NCBI GenBank assembly: GCA_018818205.1
Contig: JAHISJ010000012.1
Span: forward strand, 21,523-85,522
DNA: 64,000 nucleotides
Direction of reading: 5' to 3'
DNA from: Patescibacteria group bacterium
GTDB lineage: Bacteria > Patescibacteriota > JABMPQ01 > JAHIRA01
Positions 9,694-19,428 of this stretch are shown here, piece after piece. Made by a program: the position numbers and the translations under genes. The notes under the pieces are model-generated. The model saw only the letters and a list, made by a program, of their open reading frames with translations. It ran no database searches and had not been told where the DNA came from. Position 1 is the stretch's first letter; each line of letters begins with the position of its first letter.

Positions 9694-10163
9694 ATGATAA
9701 GAATAACCAAAACAAAAAAAGAAGACCTAGAACAAATCCGCCGCCTTTTCAATGAATATGATTATGATATTGAAAAACACTTCCCCAAAGATCATTAAAG
9801 CTATTGCAACGATTAAACCCTGAGCATAGTGACAATCCAAAACGACGGAAAAACATTCTTCAAGCGATTACTGATAATAAACAAATGTTTCTTGTTGCCA
9901 AAGAACACGAAACTATAATTGGCTGTGTAATTGGGTGGATAGAGCCACTAAAAAATGTAGGGAAATTTGATCAGCTGATTCTATCTAGCCAATCTAAGAA
10001 AAAGGATGCTTTAAATCAACTGTACAATGAGTTAGAAAAATGGTTTAAAACCAAAAAATGTCCTTATGTAATTGTAGACGTGGTTACAAAGAATCCACGC
10101 AAAGAATTATACAAAGAATTTGGCTTTGATACAGTCCTTGAGGAAATGAGAAAAATCATCTAA
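9694..10163 (+). pseudogene. GNAT acetyltransferase, disrupted by a frameshift or stop
   Basis: The N-terminus MIRITKTKKEDLEQIRRLFNEYDYDIEKHFPKDH ends at a stop at 9796. The GNAT core continues in another frame from 9804. Confidence 0.5.
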
Positions 10164-10167
10164 AAAT

Positions 10168-11190
10168 TTACATCGTACAACTAACTATATCTCCATCAAC
10201 CCCTTTTCCGTGGACAACTAGCTCAAGACTCTGAGCTAGTTTTCTTTTCTTTGAAAGAGGAGTCCCTCTGGTCCAAACAGCATGTATAACGTGAGCCATT
10301 TTATTCATAGTGGCAACTAGAGCAACACGGTAAGGCTTGCCTTCGGAGATCTTCTTTTGGAAGAAATCTTGAAAAAGATTAGGTCTTTGCACCGCTACGG
10401 AAGCGGCGTTGTAGAGTCTGGTTCTTAAGATCTTATTGCCTCTTTTAGTAATGTAGCTTTTGCCTTTGACGCTGGTCCCACTCTCGTGGACCCTGGGGTC
10501 TATTCCTACGTAGGCGGTAAGTTTCTTTGCTTTTTTGAAGCGATCGATGCTACCTAATTCCGAAATGAAGCTGATGGCGGTGATAGGACCAACTCCGGGG
10601 ATGGTCCTTAAAAGCGCTTGCTCCTCTTTTCTGTATTCTTTGAGTTTCTTCTCCAGCTCTTTAATCTTTTGGGTTAACGTTTCGTTAACCTCTTGATAGA
10701 CGGAGTTGATCTTCCTTTTAAGGCATTCTTCCTTGTTAACTATCTCATTTTGCTGCAATCTCAGTTTAAGCTTAATAGCGCTGAGATTGTCCCTTTGTCT
10801 AACAAGGCTTTTTAGGACAACTGAATCGGTTGTTTCACTGAATTCGTAACCCGTTCCGGTTGTCAGACAATACCTAATTAAAAGAGCGTCTTTCTTATCG
10901 GTTTTTACGCTTCTAAGGCTTGTTTGGCTTTGTTTTTTGACTATCAGAGGGTTCATGACATTGATTTTGTAGCCACTTTTTTTGCAATCAAAACAAAGTC
11001 TTAAATGATAGCCTCCCGTTGATTCCACGCCAAGAAGAGTTTCTTGTTTTTGATAGTTATTCTTTTTAAGAACGGTTAAGAAGTTTCCAATGCCTTGATT
11101 GTTGTTTAGAAATTTTCTTGGCTCTGAGGCTTCATTAAAACATGCCCAAAAGTCCGCTTTAGCCATATCAATACCTACATATTTATTCAT
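10168..11190 (-). CDS. IS110 family transposase (DEDD N-domain plus Transposase_20 C-domain)
   Basis: N-terminal VGIDMAK. C-terminal IPGVGPITAISFISELGSIDRF. Confidence 0.8.
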   Translation of the reverse strand: MNKYVGIDMAKADFWACFNEASEPRKFLNNNQGIGNFLTVLKKNNYQKQETLLGVESTGGYHLRLCFDCKKSGYKINVMNPLIVKKQSQTSLRSVKTDKKDALLIRYCLTTGTGYEFSETTDSVVLKSLVRQRDNLSAIKLKLRLQQNEIVNKEECLKRKINSVYQEVNETLTQKIKELEKKLKEYRKEEQALLRTIPGVGPITAISFISELGSIDRFKKAKKLTAYVGIDPRVHESGTSVKGKSYITKRGNKILRTRLYNAASVAVQRPNLFQDFFQKKISEGKPYRVALVATMNKMAHVIHAVWTRGTPLSKKRKLAQSLELVVHGKGVDGDIVSCTM

Positions 11191-11393
11191 ATGTTTGTTT
11201 TTAGTTTTACATTTCTACTTACCTAAGATAAAATGTACAAAGAGAAAAAGAAGAAAGAAAAGAAAGAAGAAAAAGAGAAAAAAGTGAGCAGGTGGTCACC
11301 ACCTTTTAAAAGCTAAAGCAGGTTCGTGTGTTATCCGGGGCTACGTCCCCAACTAGCTTATTCGCTTATTAAGGCTTTTAAAGGAGGCTGCAC
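10182..11393 (-). mobile_element. IS110-family insertion sequence lying inside an attC-like site
   Basis: Flanked by CGTACAAC (10174-10181) and GTTAGGC (11394-11400). No obvious terminal inverted repeats, as expected for IS110. Confidence 0.55.
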
Positions 11394-11714
11394 GTTAGGC
11401 GACGGGACTAAAATCCCAACAGCGAATTCGCAGAGCCTCACTTGATAAAAGCATACCAGATGGTATGCTTTTATTATACGAACAGCGTATATGAGGTTCA
11501 AGAAAAAGTGCGTTAATAATTTTCAAAGGTTGCACTTTTTCTTTCACCCAAATTTCGCCTCCTCTATAATAAATCATAAGGAAGTCGGCGAAACTTCTCA
11601 TACACGCATACATTGTGCGAAATAAATTTTTTATCTTGGTGGTAATTTAAAGATTTTGTGATTTAAACAGGGACAGAAAATTTGATTTTTAATTCATTTA
11701 TATAGGGGTAAAAA

Positions 11715-11747
11715 GGTGTTTTCTCCGCTAGGGTTGCGAAAACGATT
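11715..11747 (+). repeat. conserved hairpin motif GGTGTTTTCTCCGCT-N-CGAAAAC upstream of a cassette ORF (second copy at 3617-3649)
   Basis: Both copies lie 20-250 bp upstream of an ORF start. Confidence 0.5.
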
Positions 11748-11767
11748 TATCTACTAATATATTCTAT

Positions 11768-13270
11768 ATGACAAAATACGATGCAATCATAATCGGCGCT
11801 GGTCTAGGTGGACTGGTTGCCGGGGCTAAGTTAGCCAAGGAGGGCAAAAAGATTTTATTAATCGAGCAACATAATATTCCAGGCGGGTGTGCTACCAACT
11901 TTAAACGTGTTGGTTCCAGTATGGATGTTGGACTGCATGCCCTAGACGGCATGGATGATGGTGATTTGAAAAAAGAAATTTTTGATGAGTTGAAAGTTTT
12001 TGGAAATGTGGAGTTTGCTAAATTGCCGGAATTTTATCGATTTGTAAATGAGCGATTCGATATTGTAATCCCAGATAATTACAAGGAGGCAGAAAAAATA
12101 TTGATAAGTAATTTTCCAAAAGAAAAAAGTGGTATAAAGAAATTTTTTAGTACAATCTTGAATTATCGTAAAGAATTAAAAAGAATGCCAACAACTGGCA
12201 TTAAACTGTATTTGCAATTGCCGTTATTCCCTCTGTTGTATCCCGGAATTGTTTTAACGATGAAAAAAACGGTTGAGCAATTCTTGGATGAAATCACCAA
12301 AAATGATGATTTAAAATTAATTTTGGCTGCGAATATCGGGTATTATCATGACAATCCAACAACTATGGCTTATTCATATTTTGCCATAGCGCAGGCAAGT
12401 TATTATTCGGGTGGTGGCCATTATGTCAAGGGTGGATCTCAAAAATTATCTGATTATTTCGCTAAATTTATCAAAGATAACGGCGGAGAAGTTTTATTGA
12501 GCCATAAGGTAATTAAAATTTTGACCGAAAACAATAAGGCGGTCGGAATTGAGTATAAAAAAATGTCAGGCGATGGCATTGATAGGGCGTATGGCATAAA
12601 TATAATCGCCAATGCAGCTATCCCGAATGTTGTTAATAATTTATTACCCAAAGAGCTTAATGCTGGAATGAAAACAAAAATAAATAAAATGGAAATAGCC
12701 CATTCTATTTTATCAATATATCTATTTTTTAAAAAACCGGTCAAAGAATTGGGTAATAAATATTACTCGACATTTGTCGCCAATCCAAATGTGTACACCT
12801 TGAAAGATGTAAATTTTCACGTTGACCACAAAGATAGAGGATTTACTTTTGTTGATTACAGTCAGATTGATTCACAATTAGCGGCACCAGGAAAAGGAGT
12901 GGGAGTTATTACTACGTTAGATTATCTTGATCAGTGGAAAGAATTAAGCGAAACAGGATACAAAAATAAAAAAAATGAAGTCGCTCAAATATACATTAAG
13001 AGATTAAATAAGCTGATTCCTGGCATTAAAGATCAAATTGAATATTATGAAGTTGGTACGCCAAAAACGATTGAGCGCTATACCATGAATCCCCAAGGAG
13101 CAGTTTATGGGTTTGCTCAAATACCTAGTCAGGCCGGCATAAAAAGAATGTCGCAAAAATCATCAATTGAGAATCTTTACTTTGCTTCGGCTTGGACTAT
13201 GCCAGGTGGCGGTTTCACTGGCGCAATGCTAAGTGGTTGGTTTTGTGCGAATAAAATTCTAAAACAATAA
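11768..13270 (+). CDS. FAD-dependent oxidoreductase (phytoene desaturase / amine oxidase family)
   Basis: N-terminal dinucleotide-binding motif DAIIIGAGLGGL, about 500 aa. Confidence 0.65.
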   Translation: MTKYDAIIIGAGLGGLVAGAKLAKEGKKILLIEQHNIPGGCATNFKRVGSSMDVGLHALDGMDDGDLKKEIFDELKVFGNVEFAKLPEFYRFVNERFDIVIPDNYKEAEKILISNFPKEKSGIKKFFSTILNYRKELKRMPTTGIKLYLQLPLFPLLYPGIVLTMKKTVEQFLDEITKNDDLKLILAANIGYYHDNPTTMAYSYFAIAQASYYSGGGHYVKGGSQKLSDYFAKFIKDNGGEVLLSHKVIKILTENNKAVGIEYKKMSGDGIDRAYGINIIANAAIPNVVNNLLPKELNAGMKTKINKMEIAHSILSIYLFFKKPVKELGNKYYSTFVANPNVYTLKDVNFHVDHKDRGFTFVDYSQIDSQLAAPGKGVGVITTLDYLDQWKELSETGYKNKKNEVAQIYIKRLNKLIPGIKDQIEYYEVGTPKTIERYTMNPQGAVYGFAQIPSQAGIKRMSQKSSIENLYFASAWTMPGGGFTGAMLSGWFCANKILKQ

Positions 13271-13392
13271 GGAGTTTTGAATTTTGGGCATTCACCCCTG
13301 ACCCCTCTGCCCAAAATCCAAAAAGAAAAAGAAATTTGAAATTTTTTTAAAACATGTTTTCTTATCAGAAAACAAAAGAATAAGGGATACAT
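13270..13392 (+). repeat. E element copy 2
   Basis: AGGAGTTTTGAATTTTGGGCATTCACCCCTGACCCCTCTGCCC... begins at the stop codon. Confidence 0.55.
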
Positions 13393-13482
13393 CAGCTAAC
13401 ACGGCATATCTGGTTACGGTTCGCCTCCGGCGAGCCTCTACCCAAATTGCTACGCAACTTCAGATATGAATAACATTGTAGG
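13393..13482 (+). repeat. attC-like site (CAGCTAAC ... ATTGTAG), homologous to the 17425 site
   Basis: Shares TAACACGGCATATC and CCCAAATTGCTACGCAACTTC with the 17425 site. The right core is degenerate. Confidence 0.5.
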
Positions 13483-13556
13483 AAATAAGCAAACCTTTTA
13501 AGTTATTTTGAAAATGGTATAATTTTAATGAATACTAGAAATTACTAGAAATTTAT

Positions 13557-14645
13557 ATGAAAGCATTCGTACCTCACTCATTACCACTAAAGAATCTAGA
13601 CTGGACACAGTTTGTCCACCTTATTGGAAAGGCTAATGCAGATGTAGCACGATTCGATGGATTACTACAGAGTATGCAAAATCCAGTCGTTCTACTTTCC
13701 CCACTTACCACACAAGAAGCTGTTCTTTCTTCTAAAATTGAAGGTACTCAAGCTACCCTAGAGGAAGTACTTGAATTTGAGGCAGACCCTAAAAAGAGAA
13801 CTAAAAAATATGATGACATACAAGAAATTCTGAATTACAGAAAGGCAATGCGTTTCTCTGTAAAAGAATTAGACAAGAAACCCTTGTGTATCAATTTGCT
13901 AAAGAGCATTCACGCTATTCTGCTAGACAGTGTTCGTGGTAAAAATCGAGATCCTGGAAATTTCAGAAAAAGCCAGGTTTATATTGGTAAACCTGGTGCT
14001 GGACTAGAAGCTGCTACTTACATTCCACCGGAACCACACAGAGTTTTAGACAATTTATCAAGCCTAGAAAAATATATTAATTCTGACGAAAAAGATGTTC
14101 TTGTTCAACTTGCAATTATCCATGCACAATTTGAAATCATTCATCCATTCCTTGATGGTAATGGTCGTATGGGTAGAATTCTGATGCCATTATTTTTATA
14201 TAGCAAAAAGGCGTTATCCTCACCAATGTTATACCTGAGCGCTTATTTCGAAAGAAATCGTGATGATTACTATGATAGACTCTCTGGAATTTCTAAAGAA
14301 AATGCTTGGGAAGAGTGGATTATTTATTTTCTTAATGCCGTCATTGAACAGTCTCAGATTAATATCAAAAAAGCGAAATCTATACATGAATTATACGATC
14401 ATAAAAAAATAAAAATTGTTGACTTGACACATTCGCAATTTGCAATAAAGACTTTGGACTTTATTTTCTCTTTTCCAATTTTCAACAGCTCTCAATTTGT
14501 AAAGAAATCTAGAATTCCAAGGGCAAGTGCTGCAAGAATTCTTGGCATATTAGAGAGAGGAGGGGTAATCAATGTGGCAGAAAAGGGCTCAGGGAAAAGG
14601 CCCACAATTTATACTTTTCCAAAATTATTAAGCATTACCGGATAA
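13557..14645 (+). CDS. Fic family protein
   Basis: Fic motif HPFLDGNGRMGR. Confidence 0.8.
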   Translation: MKAFVPHSLPLKNLDWTQFVHLIGKANADVARFDGLLQSMQNPVVLLSPLTTQEAVLSSKIEGTQATLEEVLEFEADPKKRTKKYDDIQEILNYRKAMRFSVKELDKKPLCINLLKSIHAILLDSVRGKNRDPGNFRKSQVYIGKPGAGLEAATYIPPEPHRVLDNLSSLEKYINSDEKDVLVQLAIIHAQFEIIHPFLDGNGRMGRILMPLFLYSKKALSSPMLYLSAYFERNRDDYYDRLSGISKENAWEEWIIYFLNAVIEQSQINIKKAKSIHELYDHKKIKIVDLTHSQFAIKTLDFIFSFPIFNSSQFVKKSRIPRASAARILGILERGGVINVAEKGSGKRPTIYTFPKLLSITG

Positions 14646-14650
14646 TTTCT

Positions 14651-14730
14651 TGTATCTCATGTAATATGCATAATGTTTTTAGTGTCTCATATAATTTAAA
14701 ATGTAAGACATAAAATTTCTAGTGTCTCAT
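14651..14730 (+). repeat. three direct repeats (T/A)GTRTCTCAT spaced 30-40 bp apart, downstream of the Fic gene
   Basis: Repeat copies at 14651, 14681 and 14721. Confidence 0.5.
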
Positions 14731-14753
14731 TTGATAAAAAGGTTTGCATGCTA

Positions 14754-14902
14754 CCTACAACAGCAACTGTAAGGTAAAAAAATGGCGCCTATTTGATTCG
14801 CTGACGCTTTAGATAGAGTCGCCATTTTTTTACCCAAATTTTGCACTTTATTGATATTAAATAGCGGATGTGCAAAACTTCTTACAGTCGCAAACGTTAG
14901 GC
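14754..14902 (+). repeat. attC-like site (CCTACAAC ... GTTAGGC)
   Basis: Stem GCAACTGTAAGG/CCTTACAGTCGC. Confidence 0.55.
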
Positions 14903-15026
14903 GAAAGTACATTTTTTTATGCCTTTCTAGTCAACTTTCTTGAAGTGAAAAATGTGCAAATTTGGAGGGTTTGATTGATTCAAAGCAAATTCTTTATAAT
15001 GAGGCCGGTACCGTAACAAAATATTT

Positions 15027-15530
15027 ATGAATAAATCTGAAAAATCAAAGAATCCAAATTCATTCGAAAAACTCCCACGATCCAAGAGGCCTGCAGAAGC
15101 TTATGACGGTTCCCAAAGTCCAGAAGAGATTGGACAAAAAAGCAAATTAGAATCCGTACGACAAGCTGAAGAGAAAGAAAGAAAATTTGCTATTCGCGAG
15201 GGTCTTTACAAGGATGAAAATGCTCCTGATCATGTTAATTGTTTTGGTTATGTTTTTTATAAGCTAGGCTTAGATCCAGAAGAGGCTGGATTAGGAAGTG
15301 ATATAGAAAAATATCTTGAAACTGTTCAGAGCATTGAAGAAGCAGATGCTATTGCGTTTCGAAGTTTAGCCGACAGGACTATTCATCATATGACTTATGT
15401 CGGTCCCAATTCTACAATTTCTGACAAAGGCAATGTGGGCTGGTCAACAGAAAAAACATCCTTTGATGAGTTAAGAAAAAAATACACACAGGATAAGTAC
15501 GAAACAATCTTTCTTAAACTGAAAAATTGA
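15027..15530 (+). CDS. hypothetical protein
   Basis: ORF only. Confidence 0.4.
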   Translation: MNKSEKSKNPNSFEKLPRSKRPAEAYDGSQSPEEIGQKSKLESVRQAEEKERKFAIREGLYKDENAPDHVNCFGYVFYKLGLDPEEAGLGSDIEKYLETVQSIEEADAIAFRSLADRTIHHMTYVGPNSTISDKGNVGWSTEKTSFDELRKKYTQDKYETIFLKLKN

Positions 15531-15699
15531 ATAAAGTCCTAGATAATAGGAATTGGCTCTTCTTTTCAATCCTTGACATCTCAAGTCCTCCATGTTATAA
15601 TACTGACTAAATCTGTCTCTATTTTTAAACTTCGCCTAACAGAGAGTATCAGAAATTCATCTCCACTCCGTTCCGATAAACTTCTGATACTCTCGAACG

Positions 15700-17025
15700 C
15701 ACTAGTGTTGCGTCAAAACTCCCCCGGTTTAAGCCGTTTTTGATGATTATTCTCTAGAGTTTGTAATCCAGATTGTGCAATTAGTGTAGTTAAAGGGGTT
15801 TTCTCAAATTGAGAGACCTGTAAAATTTGTAGAATTTCGTAGAGATTTCGTTTGATCTTTAGTTTCTTTTTCATAATAGCTACTAGAAGAAAGGTGGATA
15901 TTGCAATGCAAATTTGTGTTTTTACTGCATTGAACGAATAGCCCCAGAAGACTTGAATTTTAAGATGCTGCTTTATCCATTTGAAAAAGAGTTCTATCTG
16001 CCAACGATGTTTGTAAAGGTTGGCTATGGTTTTAGCCGGTATGTTGAAATTGTTAGTAAGATAAATATAGGATCTGTTTGTTTCCCGGTCAACGTATTTA
16101 ATACGTCTCAGTTTCTCCGGATAGTGCTTACGTGAATAAAAATGTTTTAGTTTAATTATTTGGTCGCATCTAAGTCCGGTGGCTTTATCTACTTTGTTTG
16201 AATAAATTCTTTTAAACGATAAGCTTTTTTTTGAGCGGACAATGAAAAACGCTTCATGCCGGTTAACAGTCATTAACCTTTTAAAATCGAGATAGCCTCG
16301 ATCCATAATATATATTGCGTCTTTTTCAAATTCGATATTGTCCAGGAAATTCACATCATGTGTTTTCGCTTTGGTTATGAGGAAAAATGAAGGAATGGTG
16401 CCTTTTAAATCAAGTTGCGTGTGAATCTTTACCGCTGATTTTTGAAGTTCAAAGTATGCCCACTTGAATGTTGCTAAACACAGATCTATTACCGTTGAAT
16501 CAAGAGCATAGACAGAATTTTCAAGCTCGATTGAAAACTCATTGTCATAAAGGTACAGACGACGTGTGATGCCAATGAGATACTCGGTAAAATCACGATG
16601 AATTCTCCAGTCACGAAATTGGTTAGCACGCGATAATGTGGAAAGGACGAATTTCCTTGCCCTAAAGCCTAGATGATACAGTTGGTTGGGATGGGCATTC
16701 AAACACAGAACTATTCCACGCAGACTTTTTAAAGCAGTTAGTTGTCCAAACATCAATGAGAGGAATTGGTCGCGGCAAGTTAGATTATATATATTTTTGT
16801 TTCCATTGTATCTCTCAACACATTTTTCAAATTCGTACCCGGAAACATATTCTACAACTTGAGAAAAGATATATTTTTCCTTGTTCATAGATAATTAGCA
16901 AATTAATTGAAAAACACGCTAATTATCCCATTCCAAGTTCAAATCGTAAAATTGTAAAATAGCTGGATTTGATGTAGTGTTAGGTAAAATACTTGATACT
17001 ATTCGTGGAAGACGCAACGCTAGTG
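15700..17025 (-). mobile_element. IS4-family insertion sequence
   Basis: Termini CACTAGTGTTGCGTC and GACGCAACGCTAGTG form an imperfect inverted repeat. Alternatively the element is TTGCGTC...GACGCAA with an 8-bp target duplication. Confidence 0.55.
15713..16888 (-). CDS. IS4 family DDE transposase
   Basis: YKHRWQIELFFKWIK matches the Y(2)R(3)E(6)K signature. Confidence 0.75.
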   Translation of the reverse strand: MNKEKYIFSQVVEYVSGYEFEKCVERYNGNKNIYNLTCRDQFLSLMFGQLTALKSLRGIVLCLNAHPNQLYHLGFRARKFVLSTLSRANQFRDWRIHRDFTEYLIGITRRLYLYDNEFSIELENSVYALDSTVIDLCLATFKWAYFELQKSAVKIHTQLDLKGTIPSFFLITKAKTHDVNFLDNIEFEKDAIYIMDRGYLDFKRLMTVNRHEAFFIVRSKKSLSFKRIYSNKVDKATGLRCDQIIKLKHFYSRKHYPEKLRRIKYVDRETNRSYIYLTNNFNIPAKTIANLYKHRWQIELFFKWIKQHLKIQVFWGYSFNAVKTQICIAISTFLLVAIMKKKLKIKRNLYEILQILQVSQFEKTPLTTLIAQSGLQTLENNHQKRLKPGEF

Positions 17026-17057
17026 ACTGGAACGTTATCGGAAATAAATTCTAGCCT

Positions 17058-17402
17058 ATGAGTAAAAAAACAAGCTTTTCGTTCAAAAGAGATAAATATA
17101 AGGCTACTAGGGGCGGTCATTCGCGATTATTAAATGTTTGCTGTCGTAAGTGCGAGAATATTGTTGCCGTTTATCAAAAAGATGGTCCAGGCGATTTGCG
17201 ACGTATGTACATGGACAGAATTTTCGCTCCTGCGGAGTTAACAGACTTACAGGATTTAAGCATAAAAGACGCTCCCATGTTAAAATGTAAAAAATGTGGT
17301 GAAGTGCTTGGAACGCCTTATATTTATCCAAAGGAAAAACGAAAAGCTTTTCGGCTTTATCAAGACGCAGTTATTAAGCGACTAAGAAAGTTAAGCGAAT
17401 AA
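17058..17402 (+). CDS. zinc-ribbon protein (CxxC...CxxC)
   Basis: CCRKCEN ... CKKCGE. Confidence 0.4.
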   Translation: MSKKTSFSFKRDKYKATRGGHSRLLNVCCRKCENIVAVYQKDGPGDLRRMYMDRIFAPAELTDLQDLSIKDAPMLKCKKCGEVLGTPYIYPKEKRKAFRLYQDAVIKRLRKLSE

Positions 17403-17424
17403 CCACGACGGCTAGAATTTACAT

Positions 17425-17503
17425 CCGATAACACGGCATATCCGGTTCCGCTTCGCTACACCCCAATTGCTACGCAACTTCGGATGATCCGCAAACGTTA
17501 GAA
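17425..17503 (+). repeat. attC-like site (CCGATAAC ... GTTAGAA)
   Basis: Stem CATCCG/CGGATG plus a conserved inner block. Confidence 0.55.
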
Positions 17504-17521
17504 GCAATAAAATTTGAAAAC

Positions 17522-17920
17522 ATGAAAAGCTATACACTTGTAACAGCAGCATTGATTCTCGACAACGATGAGAAAAATATTTTACTAGTACTAAATAAAA
17601 AGGATCCAACAAACACACAGCATGGATTCCCTGGAGGAATTGGTGGTTTCGAAAAATACGACGATCCAGCCCAAGCAGTAAAAGAAGAAGTACGTGGAGA
17701 CACAGGGTGTATATTTGAGGGTGAATTTTACACATATCGATTCCGAATGGACGATATACCAACCATAACACTCTTCTTTGTAGGAAAGATTACTGGTCAG
17801 CCTCGGCCAGTATGCAAAAATATCAAGGACGTAAAATATTTTCCTCTAGAAAATGCAACGAAAATGAAATTAATGTATGAAGGAAACAATGTGCTTGAAC
17901 AATACATAGACAGACAATAG
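17522..17920 (+). CDS. NUDIX hydrolase
   Basis: Nudix box GGIGGFEKYDDPAQAVKEEVRGDTG. Confidence 0.7.
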   Translation: MKSYTLVTAALILDNDEKNILLVLNKKDPTNTQHGFPGGIGGFEKYDDPAQAVKEEVRGDTGCIFEGEFYTYRFRMDDIPTITLFFVGKITGQPRPVCKNIKDVKYFPLENATKMKLMYEGNNVLEQYIDRQ

Positions 17921-17948
17921 GAAACTAATAAACATTCAAATTTTACAG

Positions 17949-18087
17949 CTTCTAACAAAGCATAAAAGGCGAAACGGTATGTGTGGAAAGTAAAAGAATT
18001 GACAGCATCGTTCGCCCAAATTTCGCACACCTCAATTGAAAGAATTCATAGAGTGTGCGAAACTTCTTCTACACTTGAACGTTGTAC
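17949..18087 (+). repeat. attC-like site (TTCTAAC ... GTTGTAC)
   Basis: Terminal motifs match, and the conserved CCCAAATTTCGCAC inner block is present. Confidence 0.5.
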
Positions 18088-18125
18088 GCCATTCGCCTTA
18101 GCCCTAATGCCACTAAAAACGTTTT

Positions 18126-18629
18126 ATGAAAATATTAATCTTTACAGAGGGTACGATAATAATACATCAAAGCGCACTTGGATGTGATCGTGAGGATGTT
18201 GATAAGCAAGTAAAAAATGAAGATCCGTCGGTACATGACTTCAAGAATTATATCCCTGTAAACAATGCTCCTGATAAAATCAAGGCTTGGCATGATCAGG
18301 GTGTTCAAATTATCTACCTTACATCACGCAAGAAGCAAAACGAGGTTCGACAAATAGAGAATGTCTTAAAAAAACATGGTTTTCCTTCGGGTAAACTACT
18401 GAAGCGAGAAGGTAAGGAGAAATATAAAGACGTTGCCGAAAAGATCATGCCTGATATCATTATTGAAGATGATTGTGAAAGCATTGGGGGCATTAACGAA
18501 GTGACTTTTACTCATATATCGCCGAAAAAGAGAGTGAAAATAAAATCGATTCCTATACAAGAATTTGATGGAATCGATCATTTACCTAACAGCATTTCCA
18601 AGCTCAAACAATATTCGACGACGGGCTAA
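18126..18629 (+). CDS. hypothetical protein (possible HAD-like fold)
   Basis: Weak resemblance only. Confidence 0.35.
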   Translation: MKILIFTEGTIIIHQSALGCDREDVDKQVKNEDPSVHDFKNYIPVNNAPDKIKAWHDQGVQIIYLTSRKKQNEVRQIENVLKKHGFPSGKLLKREGKEKYKDVAEKIMPDIIIEDDCESIGGINEVTFTHISPKKRVKIKSIPIQEFDGIDHLPNSISKLKQYSTTG

Positions 18630-18638
18630 GGCGAACGG

Positions 18639-18699
18639 CGTACAACAGCGCATTATCCTAAATCGCTTCGCGACTTCGGATAATGCGCGAACGTTAAGT
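18639..18699 (+). repeat. attC-like site (CGTACAAC ... GTTAAGT)
   Basis: Stem GCGCATTATCC/GGATAATGCGC. Confidence 0.6.
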
Positions 18700-18725
18700 G
18701 AAATACATAATTATTTTTTTATTAA

Positions 18726-19253
18726 ATGGAAAAGTTAGTGCAAAATATGCTATTTGAAAGAATAATGGAGCAATTTTTTGGCGCTCGCACACGCGGGATT
18801 GCCACTTCAAGAGAAAACAATCGTGAGGTAAAAAAAAGGTTCAAAGAAGCGATTAGAAAGCTTATAAAACATGCAAATACAATAGAGACAAATATTGATT
18901 ACAAAGAAAAAATATTATCACAACTTGAATCCCTCGAAAAGAAAGCAGGAAAGGAATATTTATCCCAAGAAACAATTCTAAGACTTCTAAGTTTGTGTGG
19001 TCTACTATTTGGTTACGACGAATTTGATGGCAAGATACACACCAACGTTTACTACTGTCAAAGATCTGGCAAAGAGTATACGGGATTTAGTGGTTTGGAC
19101 TTATTAAGGAAAATGGAGTCTAATGAAAATAACATTATTGCTTACAGAAAGAAGTTAGTTAAGAGCTTGAAGGAAGAAAAGCTTTCAAATTATAAAATTT
19201 CAGTAATTCTAAACACTTCAGAAAAAGAAATCGGTAAATTGACGAAAAAATAA
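18726..19253 (+). CDS. hypothetical protein
   Basis: ORF only. Confidence 0.4.
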   Translation: MEKLVQNMLFERIMEQFFGARTRGIATSRENNREVKKRFKEAIRKLIKHANTIETNIDYKEKILSQLESLEKKAGKEYLSQETILRLLSLCGLLFGYDEFDGKIHTNVYYCQRSGKEYTGFSGLDLLRKMESNENNIIAYRKKLVKSLKEEKLSNYKISVILNTSEKEIGKLTKK

Positions 19254-19264
19254 TTATGTACTTC

Positions 19265-19388
19265 ACTTAACAAGGTATAAGCGGTTCCGTTCAGTCGTTT
19301 CACTCCTTCACTTCACCCATATTGCACGGGTGTACGCTTTCAGCGTATTATACACCCGCGCAACATCGCTTGCACCTAGACGTTATCG
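19265..19388 (+). repeat. attC-like site (ACTTAAC ... GTTATCG)
   Basis: Long imperfect palindrome GGTGTACGC.../...GTATTATACACC. Confidence 0.5.
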
Positions 19389-19428
19389 GAAATTAAGAAA
19401 AGTCTCCGTTTGGTGATTTTAAATTTTT

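Larger units (their letters stand above)
15634..17040 (+). repeat. attC-like site (GCCTAAC ... GTTATCG) split by an IS4-family element
   Basis: Left half is homologous to the 9591 and 25683 sites. Confidence 0.5.
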
